In this document: one piece after another, positions 1 through 9,348 of the stretch
How positions within the stretch are numbered: the first letter of the stretch is position 1
Layout of the letters: each line of letters starts with the position of its first letter
Source of the DNA: Spirochaetia bacterium
Lineage (GTDB): Bacteria > Spirochaetota > Spirochaetia > UBA9216
Direction: 5' to 3'
NCBI GenBank assembly: GCA_963675665.1
Contig: OY776510.1
Span: forward strand, 4,928,001-4,992,000
DNA length: 64,000 nt
Position numbers and translations under genes: made by a program
Notes under the pieces: model-generated
The model's database searches: none
What the model was told of the DNA's origin: nothing
The model's input: only the letters and a program-made list of their open reading frames with translations

Positions 1-638
1 AGGGTCGCCCTGTCGGGGATAAGTCCTGCAATATGACTGCCGATTTTTTCTTCAATCTCGCCGATTTTCGGAAGCGGGATTTCGATCGGATCGTAATTGG
101 TTTCTACTATATAATCTACTTCCGACACATGGATAAATGAACCATGTGTACGCGGCATTTTCGGGTTCACCTCTGCTACTACAACCCTTGCTTTTTCAGC
201 GGCCTGCATTGTGTAATCCACCGATATCCCGTAACTCATAAAACCATGCTCATCCGGAGGCGAAACCATTATGAACGCTACATCCGAATCAATAGAACCG
301 TCGCGGATACGTCCCGGAAGTTCGGAAAAGAAGCACGGAATAAAATCTCCCCGCCCTTCATTGATCGACCCCCTGGTTGGGCCTCCCGCAAATATTGTTG
401 TATGTTTGAATGTTCCTTCCCATTCCGGCCCGCAATACCAGCAGTCGTGAAGCGGAACCATATGGAAGACTCTGACGTCTTTAAGTTTATCCGCGTGATT
501 TTTTAATTCATTTGTAAGCTCAACCGGCACTCCGGCGCAGTGACCGAGGACAATCTGGTCTCCGGATCTTACGCTTTTTTCAACAGCCGTCTTGAGATCT
601 GTTTTCTTGTTGTTGTACAGAATCTTCCAGTCTGCCAT
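1..638 (-). CDS. Acetyl-CoA hydrolase/transferase family, likely 4-hydroxybutyrate CoA-transferase (Cat2/AbfT); runs off the window start
   Basis: Not in the ORF track. Manual translation from ATG 638 gives MADWKILYNNKKTDLKTAVEKSVRSGDQIVLGHCAGVP...GRGDFIPCFFSELP...VSPPDEHGFMSYGISVDYT...VAEVNPKMPRTHG; lies downstream of abfD. Confidence 0.85.
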   Translation of the reverse strand, partial: MADWKILYNNKKTDLKTAVEKSVRSGDQIVLGHCAGVPVELTNELKNHADKLKDVRVFHMVPLHDCWYCGPEWEGTFKHTTIFAGGPTRGSINEGRGDFIPCFFSELPGRIRDGSIDSDVAFIMVSPPDEHGFMSYGISVDYTMQAAEKARVVVAEVNPKMPRTHGSFIHVSEVDYIVETNYDPIEIPLPKIGEIEEKIGSHIAGLIPDRAT

Positions 639-700
639 ATCTAACTCCTATAAAAAGTCAACCACAAGCTAAAAATATAAGCTTATGATCTAGTCGGATA

Positions 701-1813
701 TCAACCGACCATTACAGCTTCCCATGCTGCTGCCTGCATTTCCCTGTATTCTTTTCTAAAAGCCATTTTCATCGGATCAAACGGCTCTCTGGTTTTTAAA
801 ATTGTATATACCAAAGTGCTCATCTTGCGGGCGGCAGCTATTACACTCTTACCCGAGCCTTTCTGCTTCTTCATCGCTGCATACTTCGTCATTATTCGGT
901 ACGTCCCGGTCTTCTTTTGCATACGAACCATTCCCATCACCATCTGTACGAAGGCTGTCCTCAGTTCTACAGGCCCACGCTTTGTTATATGTCCATGATG
1001 TATTGTCATATTTGAGTTCTGCACCCATGGCACAAGCCCGGCGTTTGCTGCATATTTCTTCGCACTATCATATCTGCCGATATCGTCTGTATAGGCTCTT
1101 ACTGTTGCTGCTGTTATTAGACCCACGCCTGGTATTGTCTGCAGAAGCTCAACATCTTCATCGTCCTCCACAAGCTCAGCCAAAACCTTTTCAAGCTGCT
1201 TGACTTGCGATGCCTGATTATCTATCATATCCAGTAACGGTATTACCGTTTTGGCAGCGCTTCCGTAAAAGTCGTGGTCCTCGAGACCGTTCAGGATTCG
1301 CTGCCTTTCTTTTTTACTCTGCAGCTGTCCGCGTTTGGTCTCTATTCCATAACCAAGTAATAAGCCATGCACCTGGTTCTTTAACGACACAACAGATTTT
1401 ACCAGTATCGACCTGGATTTCAGCACCCTTCGAATATCCTCACTCTCTTGGGAACATAATATCGATTCAGGCAGCATGTCTTTCTCAAGAAACTCCGCCA
1501 GGGTGCGTGCATCATGTTTGTCTGTCTTTTTTACAGATTCATTCACTACCTTGAATTTCAAAGTATTCACTACAACCACTTCGACTCCAGCCTTTAACAG
1601 TTTATTGCGGAAATAACGGGCATTCCCGGTTGTTTCCACCGCTGCTCTCAACTCATATTCCTCTTCACAATATTCATCCAGCATTTTCAGAAATGCTCCA
1701 TAACCATTTCCGCTGGTCGGATACATTCCCAATTGATCAATTTTTCGGTCTTCACTTAAAAGGCATACTGTAAACTGCGTTTTGTGAAGATCCACGCCAA
1801 TACTCATCTTCAT
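701..1813 (-). CDS. IS110-family DEDD recombinase/transposase
   Basis: GVDLHK, VETTG and KTDKHDA (DEDD RuvC-like motifs); LQTIPGVG and GLVPWVQNS C-terminal Tnp domain. Confidence 0.96.
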   Translation of the reverse strand: MKMSIGVDLHKTQFTVCLLSEDRKIDQLGMYPTSGNGYGAFLKMLDEYCEEEYELRAAVETTGNARYFRNKLLKAGVEVVVVNTLKFKVVNESVKKTDKHDARTLAEFLEKDMLPESILCSQESEDIRRVLKSRSILVKSVVSLKNQVHGLLLGYGIETKRGQLQSKKERQRILNGLEDHDFYGSAAKTVIPLLDMIDNQASQVKQLEKVLAELVEDDEDVELLQTIPGVGLITAATVRAYTDDIGRYDSAKKYAANAGLVPWVQNSNMTIHHGHITKRGPVELRTAFVQMVMGMVRMQKKTGTYRIMTKYAAMKKQKGSGKSVIAAARKMSTLVYTILKTREPFDPMKMAFRKEYREMQAAAWEAVMVG

Positions 1814-1848
1814 GTTCTATCTCCAATAGTTTGAAGCAGTGCCTATAC

Positions 1849-2001
1849 GGTGAATTGTTCCATTCTCCTATCCGGTCTCGCAGACCATTGAATGTTTCGG
1901 TTACGGCTCTTCAATCTCCTAAACGGTCTCGCGGACCAGTAAAAATGTCGAACAGTAACCTTACTGCCTCAATTAAAGTTAAGGCAGTATATCAATTCAC
2001 C
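1849..2001 (-). ncRNA. Putative bridge RNA of IS110 copy 1
   Basis: Reverse complement of 22723-22875; closing stem GGTGAATTG/CAATTCACC encloses two GGTC(C/T)GCGAGACC hairpins flanked by target- and donor-matching segments. Confidence 0.7.
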
Positions 2002-2026
2002 AGCTCATGAAGACTTTTTATCATTC

Positions 2027-2169
2027 CTCCTATAAAAAGTTTCCGCATGGATGCGGGTTTTAAGAGGTGAAGTAGTAAATCTAAACTGCGTAGCAGTTTA
2101 AACTGCATTGCAGTTTAGATTTACTACTTCAAAATGATAAAATAACATGGAAGTTATTTTATCATTCCT
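2027..2169 (-). repeat. Short multi-hairpin element with IS110-like ends (candidate MITE), copy A, in tandem with IS copy 1
   Basis: On the minus strand it begins AGGAATGATAAAA (same as the IS left end) and ends ACTTTTTATAGGAG (same as the IS right end); three hairpins, two with (A/T)TCCAT loops. Confidence 0.75.
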
Positions 2170-2226
2170 CCTATAAGATTTTTTGCCAAAATTCTGAAAT
2201 ACAGCTTCCAGGGCAGTTTATTAACA

Positions 2227-2255
2227 GATCAAGCTGCGTAAAAAGCAGCTTGATC
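2227..2255 (-). terminator. Hairpin downstream of abfD
   Basis: GATCAAGCTGC-gtaaaaa-GCAGCTTGATC, perfect 11-bp stem; weak U-tract. Confidence 0.5.
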
Positions 2256-2268
2256 ATTCCGTTTATTT

Positions 2269-3732
2269 TCAATCCTTTATGCCGGCGAGATCTTTTGCAT
2301 ACTGTTTCTTTCGCTGAACATCTGCCTGACGCGAGATCATTATACGCTGGGCCTGGGGCGAGCCGGCACCGTGCATTGATTCGGTGAGATAGCCTACAGC
2401 AGCTCTTCCCATTGTCAGGTTTTCAATAAGACGAAGAAGTTTAAGCCTGTCTTTTGTTTCGACGCCCTCAACTCCGCCGAGAAATTTTTTGACCATTTCA
2501 GCAGTTTCCGGATTAGCAAGGTCTTTTGCATTCGGGGCCGTTACCATCAGACCGCCTGCAATATCCTGAAGAAGACGCGCAATCTCATAAGGGAAACGGG
2601 TAACGTTCTGCTTGCAGACATTGGCCAGCAGCAAATCGATCAGATAGTTTCCGGATTTGGTCTTCTGACCGAGCCAGCAGCATGCTACTGAACTTGACCA
2701 TATTGTTTCATTGAGATGGTTCATTTCAACAATCTTGTCTTTAACATGTGAAGCTCTTGCACAGCCGTTGTATTCCGCAATCAGCTGCGCAGCGCCGATA
2801 GCAACATCGCCTACGCCTGTTTTACATGCATAACTCGAGCGATGATAGCCGGCAAATCTTTCAACCAGCATATTTGTAAAATCATATTCGCCGTCCATGA
2901 AGATCTTTTCATTCGGAACAAAAACCCTGTCGAAAACCATCAGGGCTTCCTGTCCTCCGAAGTTGGGACTTCCGGCATCCATGTTCTCTCCATCCGGATC
3001 TTCAAGAAGTCTTGTATCACAGGACTGGCGGCCGTAAATATAAGTAATCCCTGGGTCGTCAGATTCAACAACACAGCAGACTGCGAAGTCTTTATCCTCT
3101 TCGGTCATTGTAACTGTAGGCATAATCAGGGCCTGGTGCGAGTTGATACAGCCAGTCTGATGGGTCTTGGCGCCGCTTATTACAATACCGTCGTCGCGTC
3201 TTTCAACAACATGCACATATACATCGGGGTCAGGACACTGATGAGGCCTTTTGCTTCGGTCGCCCTTCGGATCTGTCATACAACCGTCTACAACAAGATC
3301 CTTTTCTTCCACCTCAAGCATGTATTTCTTGAATCTTTCATGATAGTCTGTTCCGTATTTCTCATCCATTTCATAAGTTGTAGAGAAAGTTGCATTGAAC
3401 GCATCCATACCTACACAGCGCTGAAAACATGTGCCGCATTTCTGGCCGAGAAGTCTCTGCATCCCTACTTTCTTGTACAGCTCCTCAGGACTCTGGTGAA
3501 TATGACAAAACCTGTTTATTCTTTTGCCTGTGAATGAAGATATTTCGGTCAGATCATCTCTGTATTTTGAACCTTCCTCTGCAAGCTCATAAGTAAGTGC
3601 AATCGAATTGATAGAAGCTGCAATGATCGGGTGATCATACGGATTCTCAAGTTTTTCGCCGGCCATATATACATTCAATGGTCTTCTGTTTCTCAGGCTT
3701 GCGCGGTATTCCTTACCGGTCATCAATCCCAT
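2269..3732 (-). CDS. abfD: 4-hydroxybutyryl-CoA dehydratase/vinylacetyl-CoA isomerase
   Basis: CGTCFQRCVGMD Fe-S motif, MTDPKGDRS, ESMHGAGSPQAQR; start reassigned to ATG 3732 after GGAGG. Confidence 0.92.
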   Translation of the reverse strand: MGLMTGKEYRASLRNRRPLNVYMAGEKLENPYDHPIIAASINSIALTYELAEEGSKYRDDLTEISSFTGKRINRFCHIHQSPEELYKKVGMQRLLGQKCGTCFQRCVGMDAFNATFSTTYEMDEKYGTDYHERFKKYMLEVEEKDLVVDGCMTDPKGDRSKRPHQCPDPDVYVHVVERRDDGIVISGAKTHQTGCINSHQALIMPTVTMTEEDKDFAVCCVVESDDPGITYIYGRQSCDTRLLEDPDGENMDAGSPNFGGQEALMVFDRVFVPNEKIFMDGEYDFTNMLVERFAGYHRSSYACKTGVGDVAIGAAQLIAEYNGCARASHVKDKIVEMNHLNETIWSSSVACCWLGQKTKSGNYLIDLLLANVCKQNVTRFPYEIARLLQDIAGGLMVTAPNAKDLANPETAEMVKKFLGGVEGVETKDRLKLLRLIENLTMGRAAVGYLTESMHGAGSPQAQRIMISRQADVQRKKQYAKDLAGIKD

Positions 3733-3799
3733 ATTTTTCCTCCCGGCGCCGTATTCCGGTGCCAATTACAATAATTTTTATATAAAGGGCATAATCCCC

Positions 3800-4459
3800 T
3801 TAATATTCTATTCTGACGGTCCTGATAGTGTGTTCATCAAGATCATAAAAATATGCAAGATGCCTGTTTATAAGAGCAATCACTCCGTCGGTGTCGCGTT
3901 CTTTTAGCTTGTCTATCATGTCAAAATGAAGTTTTATCATATTCAGACTCAAATCGGAGTCGACATAATAAACAAACTGCATCAGCCTGACTTTCAGATA
4001 AAGGTCTTCCATAATTTTACACAGGTTCTCGTTTTTTCCGATTATGGCCAGGCCTAAATGAAACTCGCATTCAAGACGAATCCAGTTGAAAATATCGCCG
4101 TCTTTGGCGGCCTGATAACAGGCGTCGGCAACTTTTCTCAATTCGTCGATTTCAGCATTGTTTCCGAAACGTACTGCAAGCTGGACGGCCAGGGTATCAA
4201 GGGCTATTCTTGTAAGCCCCAGGTCTGTCTTGGCTCTCCTGTCAAAAGTTACGACCTCCGCGCTGCGGTGAGGATAAAGTTTAACTATCCCCTCTTTGGC
4301 CAGGCGCTGAACAGCTTCGGTTACAGGCGTACGGCTGACGCCGAGTTTTTTTGACAGGGCGTCAACTGCCAGTTTATCCCCGCAGGCAATATCCTGCCTT
4401 AAAATCATGTCCGTGATCTGTCTGTAAACTGTTTCTCCGAGCATCTGCCGATCTGCCAT
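3800..4459 (-). CDS. GntR-family (FCD) transcriptional regulator
   Basis: LGVSRTPVTEA winged HTH plus FCD domain (FH...N...H...H). Confidence 0.9.
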   Translation of the reverse strand: MADRQMLGETVYRQITDMILRQDIACGDKLAVDALSKKLGVSRTPVTEAVQRLAKEGIVKLYPHRSAEVVTFDRRAKTDLGLTRIALDTLAVQLAVRFGNNAEIDELRKVADACYQAAKDGDIFNWIRLECEFHLGLAIIGKNENLCKIMEDLYLKVRLMQFVYYVDSDLSLNMIKLHFDMIDKLKERDTDGVIALINRHLAYFYDLDEHTIRTVRIEY

Positions 4460-4473
4460 GAAATTTCACACCT

Positions 4474-4539
4474 TTGCATGTATTTTTACAGATTGCATGC
4501 AATCTTATTACATATTATACGATCCTGCGTTTTTGTCAA
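4474..4539 (-). promoter_or_regulatory. Promoter of the GntR gene with a palindromic operator
   Basis: Minus-strand TTGACA (4534-4539) followed by TATAATAT; perfect 16-bp palindrome AGATTGCATGCAATCT at 4490-4505 and a partial site TTGCATGTA at 4474-4482. Confidence 0.55.
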
Positions 4540-4540
4540 G

Positions 4541-4577
4541 AAAAAAGAGGGCTGATTAGTAAATCAGCCCTCTTTTT
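4541..4577. terminator. Rho-independent terminator after gabT
   Basis: AAAAAAGAGGGCTGATT-agta-AATCAGCCCTCTTTTT. Confidence 0.85.
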
Positions 4578-4593
4578 AAACAGGTAGAGGATT

Positions 4594-5859
4594 TTATTTT
4601 AGAACTTTCTTCAACGCCTTACCAAATCTTGAAAGGCCGATAGTCATTTCGTCTTCGCTTATTACCAGAGGCGGAATCCACCTGATAATATTTCCGAAGG
4701 TTCCGCATCCGAGCATAAGCATATTCTCTTCAAGCGCCGCGGCAATTACCGCTTTGGCGGTTTCAGCATCGGGCTGTCCGTTTTTCATAAATTCTGTTGC
4801 CACCATGCATCCGCGTCCGCGAACATCGCCGATAACCGGATACTGTTTCTGAAGTTCCCGAAGGCCTTTCATAAGCTGCTCTCCGCGTGCCGCTGCATTT
4901 TCAGCAAGCTTTTCTTCCTTCATTACCTTAACAGTAGCAGCTGCAGCTGCGCATGCCATGGTATTGCCGCTGTAGGTACCGCCATGGGTTCCGGCCCTCC
5001 AGTTTTCCTGTAGCGTACGTTTATACGCCAGGCCGGAAATAGGGATTCCTGAACCCAGGCCCTTGGCCATTGTCATAATATCAGGAAGAACATTCTCATG
5101 CTGAATTGCAAAAAACTTTCCGGTACGACAAAATCCCGACTGCACTTCATCGGCTATCATCATTATACCGTGCTCATCGCAGATCTCCCGAACTGCCTGC
5201 AGGAAGCCTGCCGGCGGCACTACATATCCGCCCTCGCCAAGCAGAGGTTCAATAATTATTGCTGCTGTCTCGCTGGGCTTTGTCTGCCCGAGAAGGGTTC
5301 TTTTCAGTTCCTTAATTGCAAAGGCTTTTGTTGTTTCATCATCCCAGCCGTAGTAAAACGAATACGGATACGGAGAAACAAATATTCCCGCAGGCAGGGG
5401 CATATAACCTTCCCGGTAAACGGTCTTGCTTGTCGTCATTGCCATTGTAAGATGTGTCCGGCCGTGAAAACTTCCGTTAAAAACAATTACATTCTGCCTT
5501 CCGGTAGCATGCTTTGCCAGTTTAACCGCGGCTTCAACCGCTTCAGCTCCGCTGCTTGCAAAGAAGAAAGTATCAAGCCCCGAAGGCACAACCGTTTTAA
5601 GCTCTTCAACCAAATCGACCATGGGCTGATGATAGACAATGTTGAACTGACCAAACAGAAGCTTGTCAGCCTGCTTCTTTATTGCTTCCACAACTTTCGG
5701 GTGACAGTGCCCGGTATTTGTTACACCTATGCCGCTGGTAAAATCAAGATATTTATTCCCTTGTTTATCATAAAACCAGCAGCCTTCACCACGTTCGACC
5801 ATTATATTTGTCGAATGCGTCCATACCGATGATATTTCCTTAATTTCCTGAGGATTCAT
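4594..5859 (-). CDS. gabT: 4-aminobutyrate aminotransferase (class III PLP enzyme)
   Basis: SGAEAVEAAVK, FHGRT, EPLLGEGG, DEVQSGFCRTG, MAKGLG, GGTYSGN; next to abfD. Confidence 0.82.
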   Translation of the reverse strand: MNPQEIKEISSVWTHSTNIMVERGEGCWFYDKQGNKYLDFTSGIGVTNTGHCHPKVVEAIKKQADKLLFGQFNIVYHQPMVDLVEELKTVVPSGLDTFFFASSGAEAVEAAVKLAKHATGRQNVIVFNGSFHGRTHLTMAMTTSKTVYREGYMPLPAGIFVSPYPYSFYYGWDDETTKAFAIKELKRTLLGQTKPSETAAIIIEPLLGEGGYVVPPAGFLQAVREICDEHGIMMIADEVQSGFCRTGKFFAIQHENVLPDIMTMAKGLGSGIPISGLAYKRTLQENWRAGTHGGTYSGNTMACAAAAATVKVMKEEKLAENAAARGEQLMKGLRELQKQYPVIGDVRGRGCMVATEFMKNGQPDAETAKAVIAAALEENMLMLGCGTFGNIIRWIPPLVISEDEMTIGLSRFGKALKKVLK

Positions 5860-5944
5860 GGTGCTCTCCTAAATTCAAAAATATTAATAATATTATGAAG
5901 AGTACCACATTCCGGATAAACACGGCTATGTTTTATTTATATCA

Positions 5945-8383
5945 TTATTCTGACAGACAAAGCTCAGAGGCTTTTTTTACAGCGGCGACACCGTCGGCAG
6001 CGTATTCAGCGCCGATTGATTCGGCCCATTCACGGGTAACAACAGCGCCTCCGGCGATAATCCGGCATTTAAGCCCCCTGACTTTAACAAGCTCAATAAC
6101 CTCGGGCATACGGATCATGGTTGTGGTCATCAGGGCCGACAGCCCGATAAGATCAGCCCTGTTTTTTTCAGCCGCATCAACTATTTCTTCTGCCGCAACA
6201 TCCTTGCCCAAATCTATTACATCAAACCCGTAATTGCGAAGCATCAGAACTACAATATTCTTGCCGATATCATGAATATCACCCTTAACTGTTGCAAAAA
6301 CCAGGGTCCCCTTCTTTTTAACGTCTCCCGCCGCCTTGAGCAGAGGTTCAATTACGGAAAAACCCTTTTCCATTGTTTCGGCGCTTGCTATCAGCTGCGG
6401 CAGAAAATACCGTTTTTCATCATAGTATTCGCCTACTTTCATGATAGACGGGATCATAATATCCTTCAGGAGGCTTGACGGCTGGTACCCTGCCTCAAGC
6501 GCTTTACGGCACAGGTCTTCGATATCTTCCCTGCGCCCTTCTATAACAGCTTTTGATAATAATTCATCAAGGCCCATCTCCGCTTCCGGTCGAACCTTTA
6601 CGGGAGGCGCCTTTACTGCTGATGTGCTGCTGAATTTATCTATATATGCAAGCGAATCCCGGTCACGTCCCGTCAGTACATTTGCCGCAGCCCTGGTATT
6701 CATCAGAAGCTCATGCGAAGGGTTGGCAATTGCCCATGTCAGTCCTGCCCCTGCCGCCATTGCAAAAAAAGCCGAATTAATCCAGCCGCGTTCCGGCAGC
6801 CCGAACGACACATTGGAAAGGCCCAGTACGGTGCCGAACCCCTGTGTGGCCGCCCAATGCACTGTTTTAAGCGTTTCAGCAGCAGCCTGCTGATTGCTGG
6901 ATACGGTCATAACCAGTCCGTCGACAATCAGATCGCTGCGTCTGTAGCCCAACTTCTCAGCCTCTTTCCAGACTTCCTGAATAAGCTCTATCCGACGTTC
7001 CGCCTTGTCCGGCAGTTCATTATCAGCTATCGGCAGCACAACAAGCATTGCCCCGTAACCGGCTGCCGCAGGCAGAAGTTTAGCCAGCTTTTCCTTCTCG
7101 GCCGATATCGAATTGATCAGCGTTCTTCCGGGGTAATACCTTACTGCCGCCTCAACAACATCCGGATCAGATGAATCGATTACAAGCGGAAGATGCACCG
7201 CCGGAACCACCGTTGAGATAATGTCGAGTATCGTTTTCTTTTCATCGATACCCGGCATTCCGGCATTAATGTCCAGAAGGTCGGCCCCGCCTTCCGCCTG
7301 CTCCCGGGCAAGCTTTCGGATATAGCCCATATTTCCGTTCCTCAATTCTTCCTGCAGCCTTTTCTTGCCTGTAGGATTTATACGCTCGCCGATTATGCGT
7401 ATCGGACCGTCGGCGCCGGTCTGAAGAAGATCAGTAGCGGAGCAGAGACATGCCGCATCCGGCGCCTTGCGCGGAACAGGTTTTAGCCCTTTCAGACTTG
7501 AAGCAAGCATCCTGATATGTCCGGGTCCGGTACCGCAGCATCCGCCCATGATGTTTACCCCGGCTTCGACAAAAGCCTCGCCGAACGAACCGAAGTCGTT
7601 CGCCTGCATTGGAAAAACAGTCCTGCCGTCTTTTATAACCGGCATTCCGGCATTGGGTTTCGCCATAACGGGAATATCAACTACGCTGCATATCCGTCTC
7701 AGGTTCTTCAGCATCTCGGCCGGACCGGTTGAACAGTTAAGCCCTACAGCGTCGGCGCCCAGGCTTTGAAGAATAACCGCCATTGCCTCGGGAGTTGTTC
7801 CATTGAGGCTTCGGCCGGATTCGTCAAAGGTCATGGATACCATTTTAAAACTGTCGGTCAGCTCTTTAACAGCAAGCAAAGCTGCCCGGCATTCCTGGAT
7901 ATCGATCTGCGTTTCAATAACAAAAAGATCAACTCCGCCTTCAAGAAGACCCTTTACCTGTCTTTTATAACCGTTTACGGCATCTTCAAAATCAAGATCC
8001 CCAAAGGGCATGATAAATCTTCCGGAGGGGCCAATATCTCCGGCAATAAAAGGTCTGCGTCCGCCCTCTTCAGCGATGGACTCCGCTGTTTTTACCGCGT
8101 TCTCCGCGATAACCCGGTTTACTTCTTCCGTCCGCTCAAGCGCCCCGAATTCTTCAAGCTTCCAGGGCGATCCGCCGAAGGTGCATGTATAAAGGATATC
8201 CGAACCGCTTTCCACGTAGGATCTGTATATTTCAGCCGAAACCTCCGGGTTCTCACATGACCACAGTTCAGGGCTGACGCCCGCCGGAAGACCGCGTTTC
8301 TGCATTTCTGTTCCGGTAGCCCCGTCGAGTATAACTATCCTGCTTTTAATCAGGTCTTTAATCTTCTGTTTTGTCTCGTTCAT
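5945..8383 (-). CDS. metH: B12-dependent methionine synthase (Hcy-binding, pterin-binding, cap and B12 domains; no fused reactivation domain)
   Basis: LDGATGT, GLNCS, GGCCGT, IGERINPTG, GDIHDIGKNIV, SALMTTT. Confidence 0.9.
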   Translation of the reverse strand: MNETKQKIKDLIKSRIVILDGATGTEMQKRGLPAGVSPELWSCENPEVSAEIYRSYVESGSDILYTCTFGGSPWKLEEFGALERTEEVNRVIAENAVKTAESIAEEGGRRPFIAGDIGPSGRFIMPFGDLDFEDAVNGYKRQVKGLLEGGVDLFVIETQIDIQECRAALLAVKELTDSFKMVSMTFDESGRSLNGTTPEAMAVILQSLGADAVGLNCSTGPAEMLKNLRRICSVVDIPVMAKPNAGMPVIKDGRTVFPMQANDFGSFGEAFVEAGVNIMGGCCGTGPGHIRMLASSLKGLKPVPRKAPDAACLCSATDLLQTGADGPIRIIGERINPTGKKRLQEELRNGNMGYIRKLAREQAEGGADLLDINAGMPGIDEKKTILDIISTVVPAVHLPLVIDSSDPDVVEAAVRYYPGRTLINSISAEKEKLAKLLPAAAGYGAMLVVLPIADNELPDKAERRIELIQEVWKEAEKLGYRRSDLIVDGLVMTVSSNQQAAAETLKTVHWAATQGFGTVLGLSNVSFGLPERGWINSAFFAMAAGAGLTWAIANPSHELLMNTRAAANVLTGRDRDSLAYIDKFSSTSAVKAPPVKVRPEAEMGLDELLSKAVIEGRREDIEDLCRKALEAGYQPSSLLKDIMIPSIMKVGEYYDEKRYFLPQLIASAETMEKGFSVIEPLLKAAGDVKKKGTLVFATVKGDIHDIGKNIVVLMLRNYGFDVIDLGKDVAAEEIVDAAEKNRADLIGLSALMTTTMIRMPEVIELVKVRGLKCRIIAGGAVVTREWAESIGAEYAADGVAAVKKASELCLSE

Positions 8384-8388
8384 AAAAA

Positions 8389-8508
8389 CTCCTATAGAAA
8401 CTCGACTTTAATCGTAAGCCATGGATGGCCGGTTGCAGAAGTGAAGTTTTCAAACAAAGTTTGGAAACTTCAAAATGTTAAAAATACATGGATGTATTTT
8501 TAACATTC
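8389..8508 (-). repeat. Multi-hairpin element copy B, directly upstream of metH
   Basis: GAATGTTAAAAATAC-atccat-GTATTTTTAACATT, TTGAAGTT...AACTTCAC, GCC-atccat-GGC, ending TTTCTATAGGAG before the ATG. Confidence 0.7.
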
Positions 8509-9102
8509 AGCTGAAGGCAGTATCCCGTAAATTGCTGTCACCGATTTCTCGGGCATCAGCAGACAGGATTCGTTTATCCTGACGCCGATGGCCTCAAGCC
8601 CCAGCATCCGGTATATATCCTTCTGAAACCTGATGTCAAAATCTCCGTAACCTGCCGAGAAACGTCTTGAAGTCAACGCCCTTGCTTCACGTACAAGTTC
8701 ACGGGAAAAAATCTCGGCAAGCCGGTTCAGTCCTTCGTCAACTATCTCGCTTGCCGCAGCATCAGTAACGACCGCTTCGGTCAGTTTCCCTGCTTCTTTA
8801 TACCGCTCAATTTCATCAGTAACGGAACTGCCGCCGGTTATGCCCATAATCAGCAGTTGGTCCGATTCAGCCAGAAAATTGTTGAGTTTGCTGCTGTTAA
8901 ATATTTCAGCTATCGACGTTTCAACTCTAAGCGAAACGGCTTTCAGTTCAATCAGATCAGCGGTTTTCTCTATCAGGGAATCTACTTCAGCCATTGTTTC
9001 TGCCGGTATCCGGCTTGATCTGCTGATATATCCAAGCCGTTTAAGTATTCTGCTGCGCGGTACTTTAACCGGCAGATATGGAAAGCGTCTGACATCTGGC
9101 AT
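8500..9102 (-). CDS. Stand-alone methionine synthase reactivation (SAM-binding) domain
   Basis: RRFSAGYGDF...LMPEKSVTAIYG; adjacent to metH. Confidence 0.85.
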   Translation of the reverse strand: MPDVRRFPYLPVKVPRSRILKRLGYISRSSRIPAETMAEVDSLIEKTADLIELKAVSLRVETSIAEIFNSSKLNNFLAESDQLLIMGITGGSSVTDEIERYKEAGKLTEAVVTDAAASEIVDEGLNRLAEIFSRELVREARALTSRRFSAGYGDFDIRFQKDIYRMLGLEAIGVRINESCLLMPEKSVTAIYGILPSAEC

Positions 9103-9210
9103 TGTTTGAATATAACAATTTTATTAAAACTTGGCACTAGTCTTTCAGCCGTACTTGAATATTATCTGATTATCGTGTTAATTTCTGTATATTCAAGTGA
9201 CAAGACACTT

Positions 9211-9342
9211 AATGATGACAGGCGCGCTACACCTGTCATCATTTTGAAGTTTCTGGAGCTACGCACCAGAAACTTCACTCTGAGATTTCGGCGGATAAGC
9301 TGTTTTTCAGCATCCATCACACAAAAAATTTTTCGAGAGGAG
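9211..9342 (+). repeat. Multi-hairpin element copy C, upstream of the solute symporter
   Basis: AATGATGACAGG...CCTGTCATCATT, TTGAAGTTTCT...AGAAACTTCAC, CATCCAT, ending TTTTCGAGAGGAG before GTG 9349. Confidence 0.62.
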
Positions 9343-9348
9343 ATCAAA

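Larger units (their letters stand above)
645..2028 (-). mobile_element. IS110-family insertion sequence, copy 1 (1384 bp including both CT/AG cores)
   Basis: Reverse complement of 22696-24079; sub-terminal inverted repeats GACTTTTTAT/ATAAAAAGTC; flanks diverge beyond the TTATAGGAG core region. Confidence 0.92.

Noticed and set aside
144-506. Plus-strand 120-aa ORF and the many other antisense or nested ORFs in the track
   Set aside because: Shadow frames of well-supported genes on the opposite strand or in another frame.
9211-9342. SAM or cobalamin riboswitch near the methionine synthase and transporter genes
   Set aside because: No S-box or B12-box consensus seen; the hairpins match the repeated element family instead.
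9106-9348. Long N-terminal extensions in the ORF track (also 27811-27915, 31987-32070, 35846-35953, 54899-54943)
   Set aside because: They run through repeats, operators or neighbouring genes; downstream starts fit SD position or domain boundaries better.
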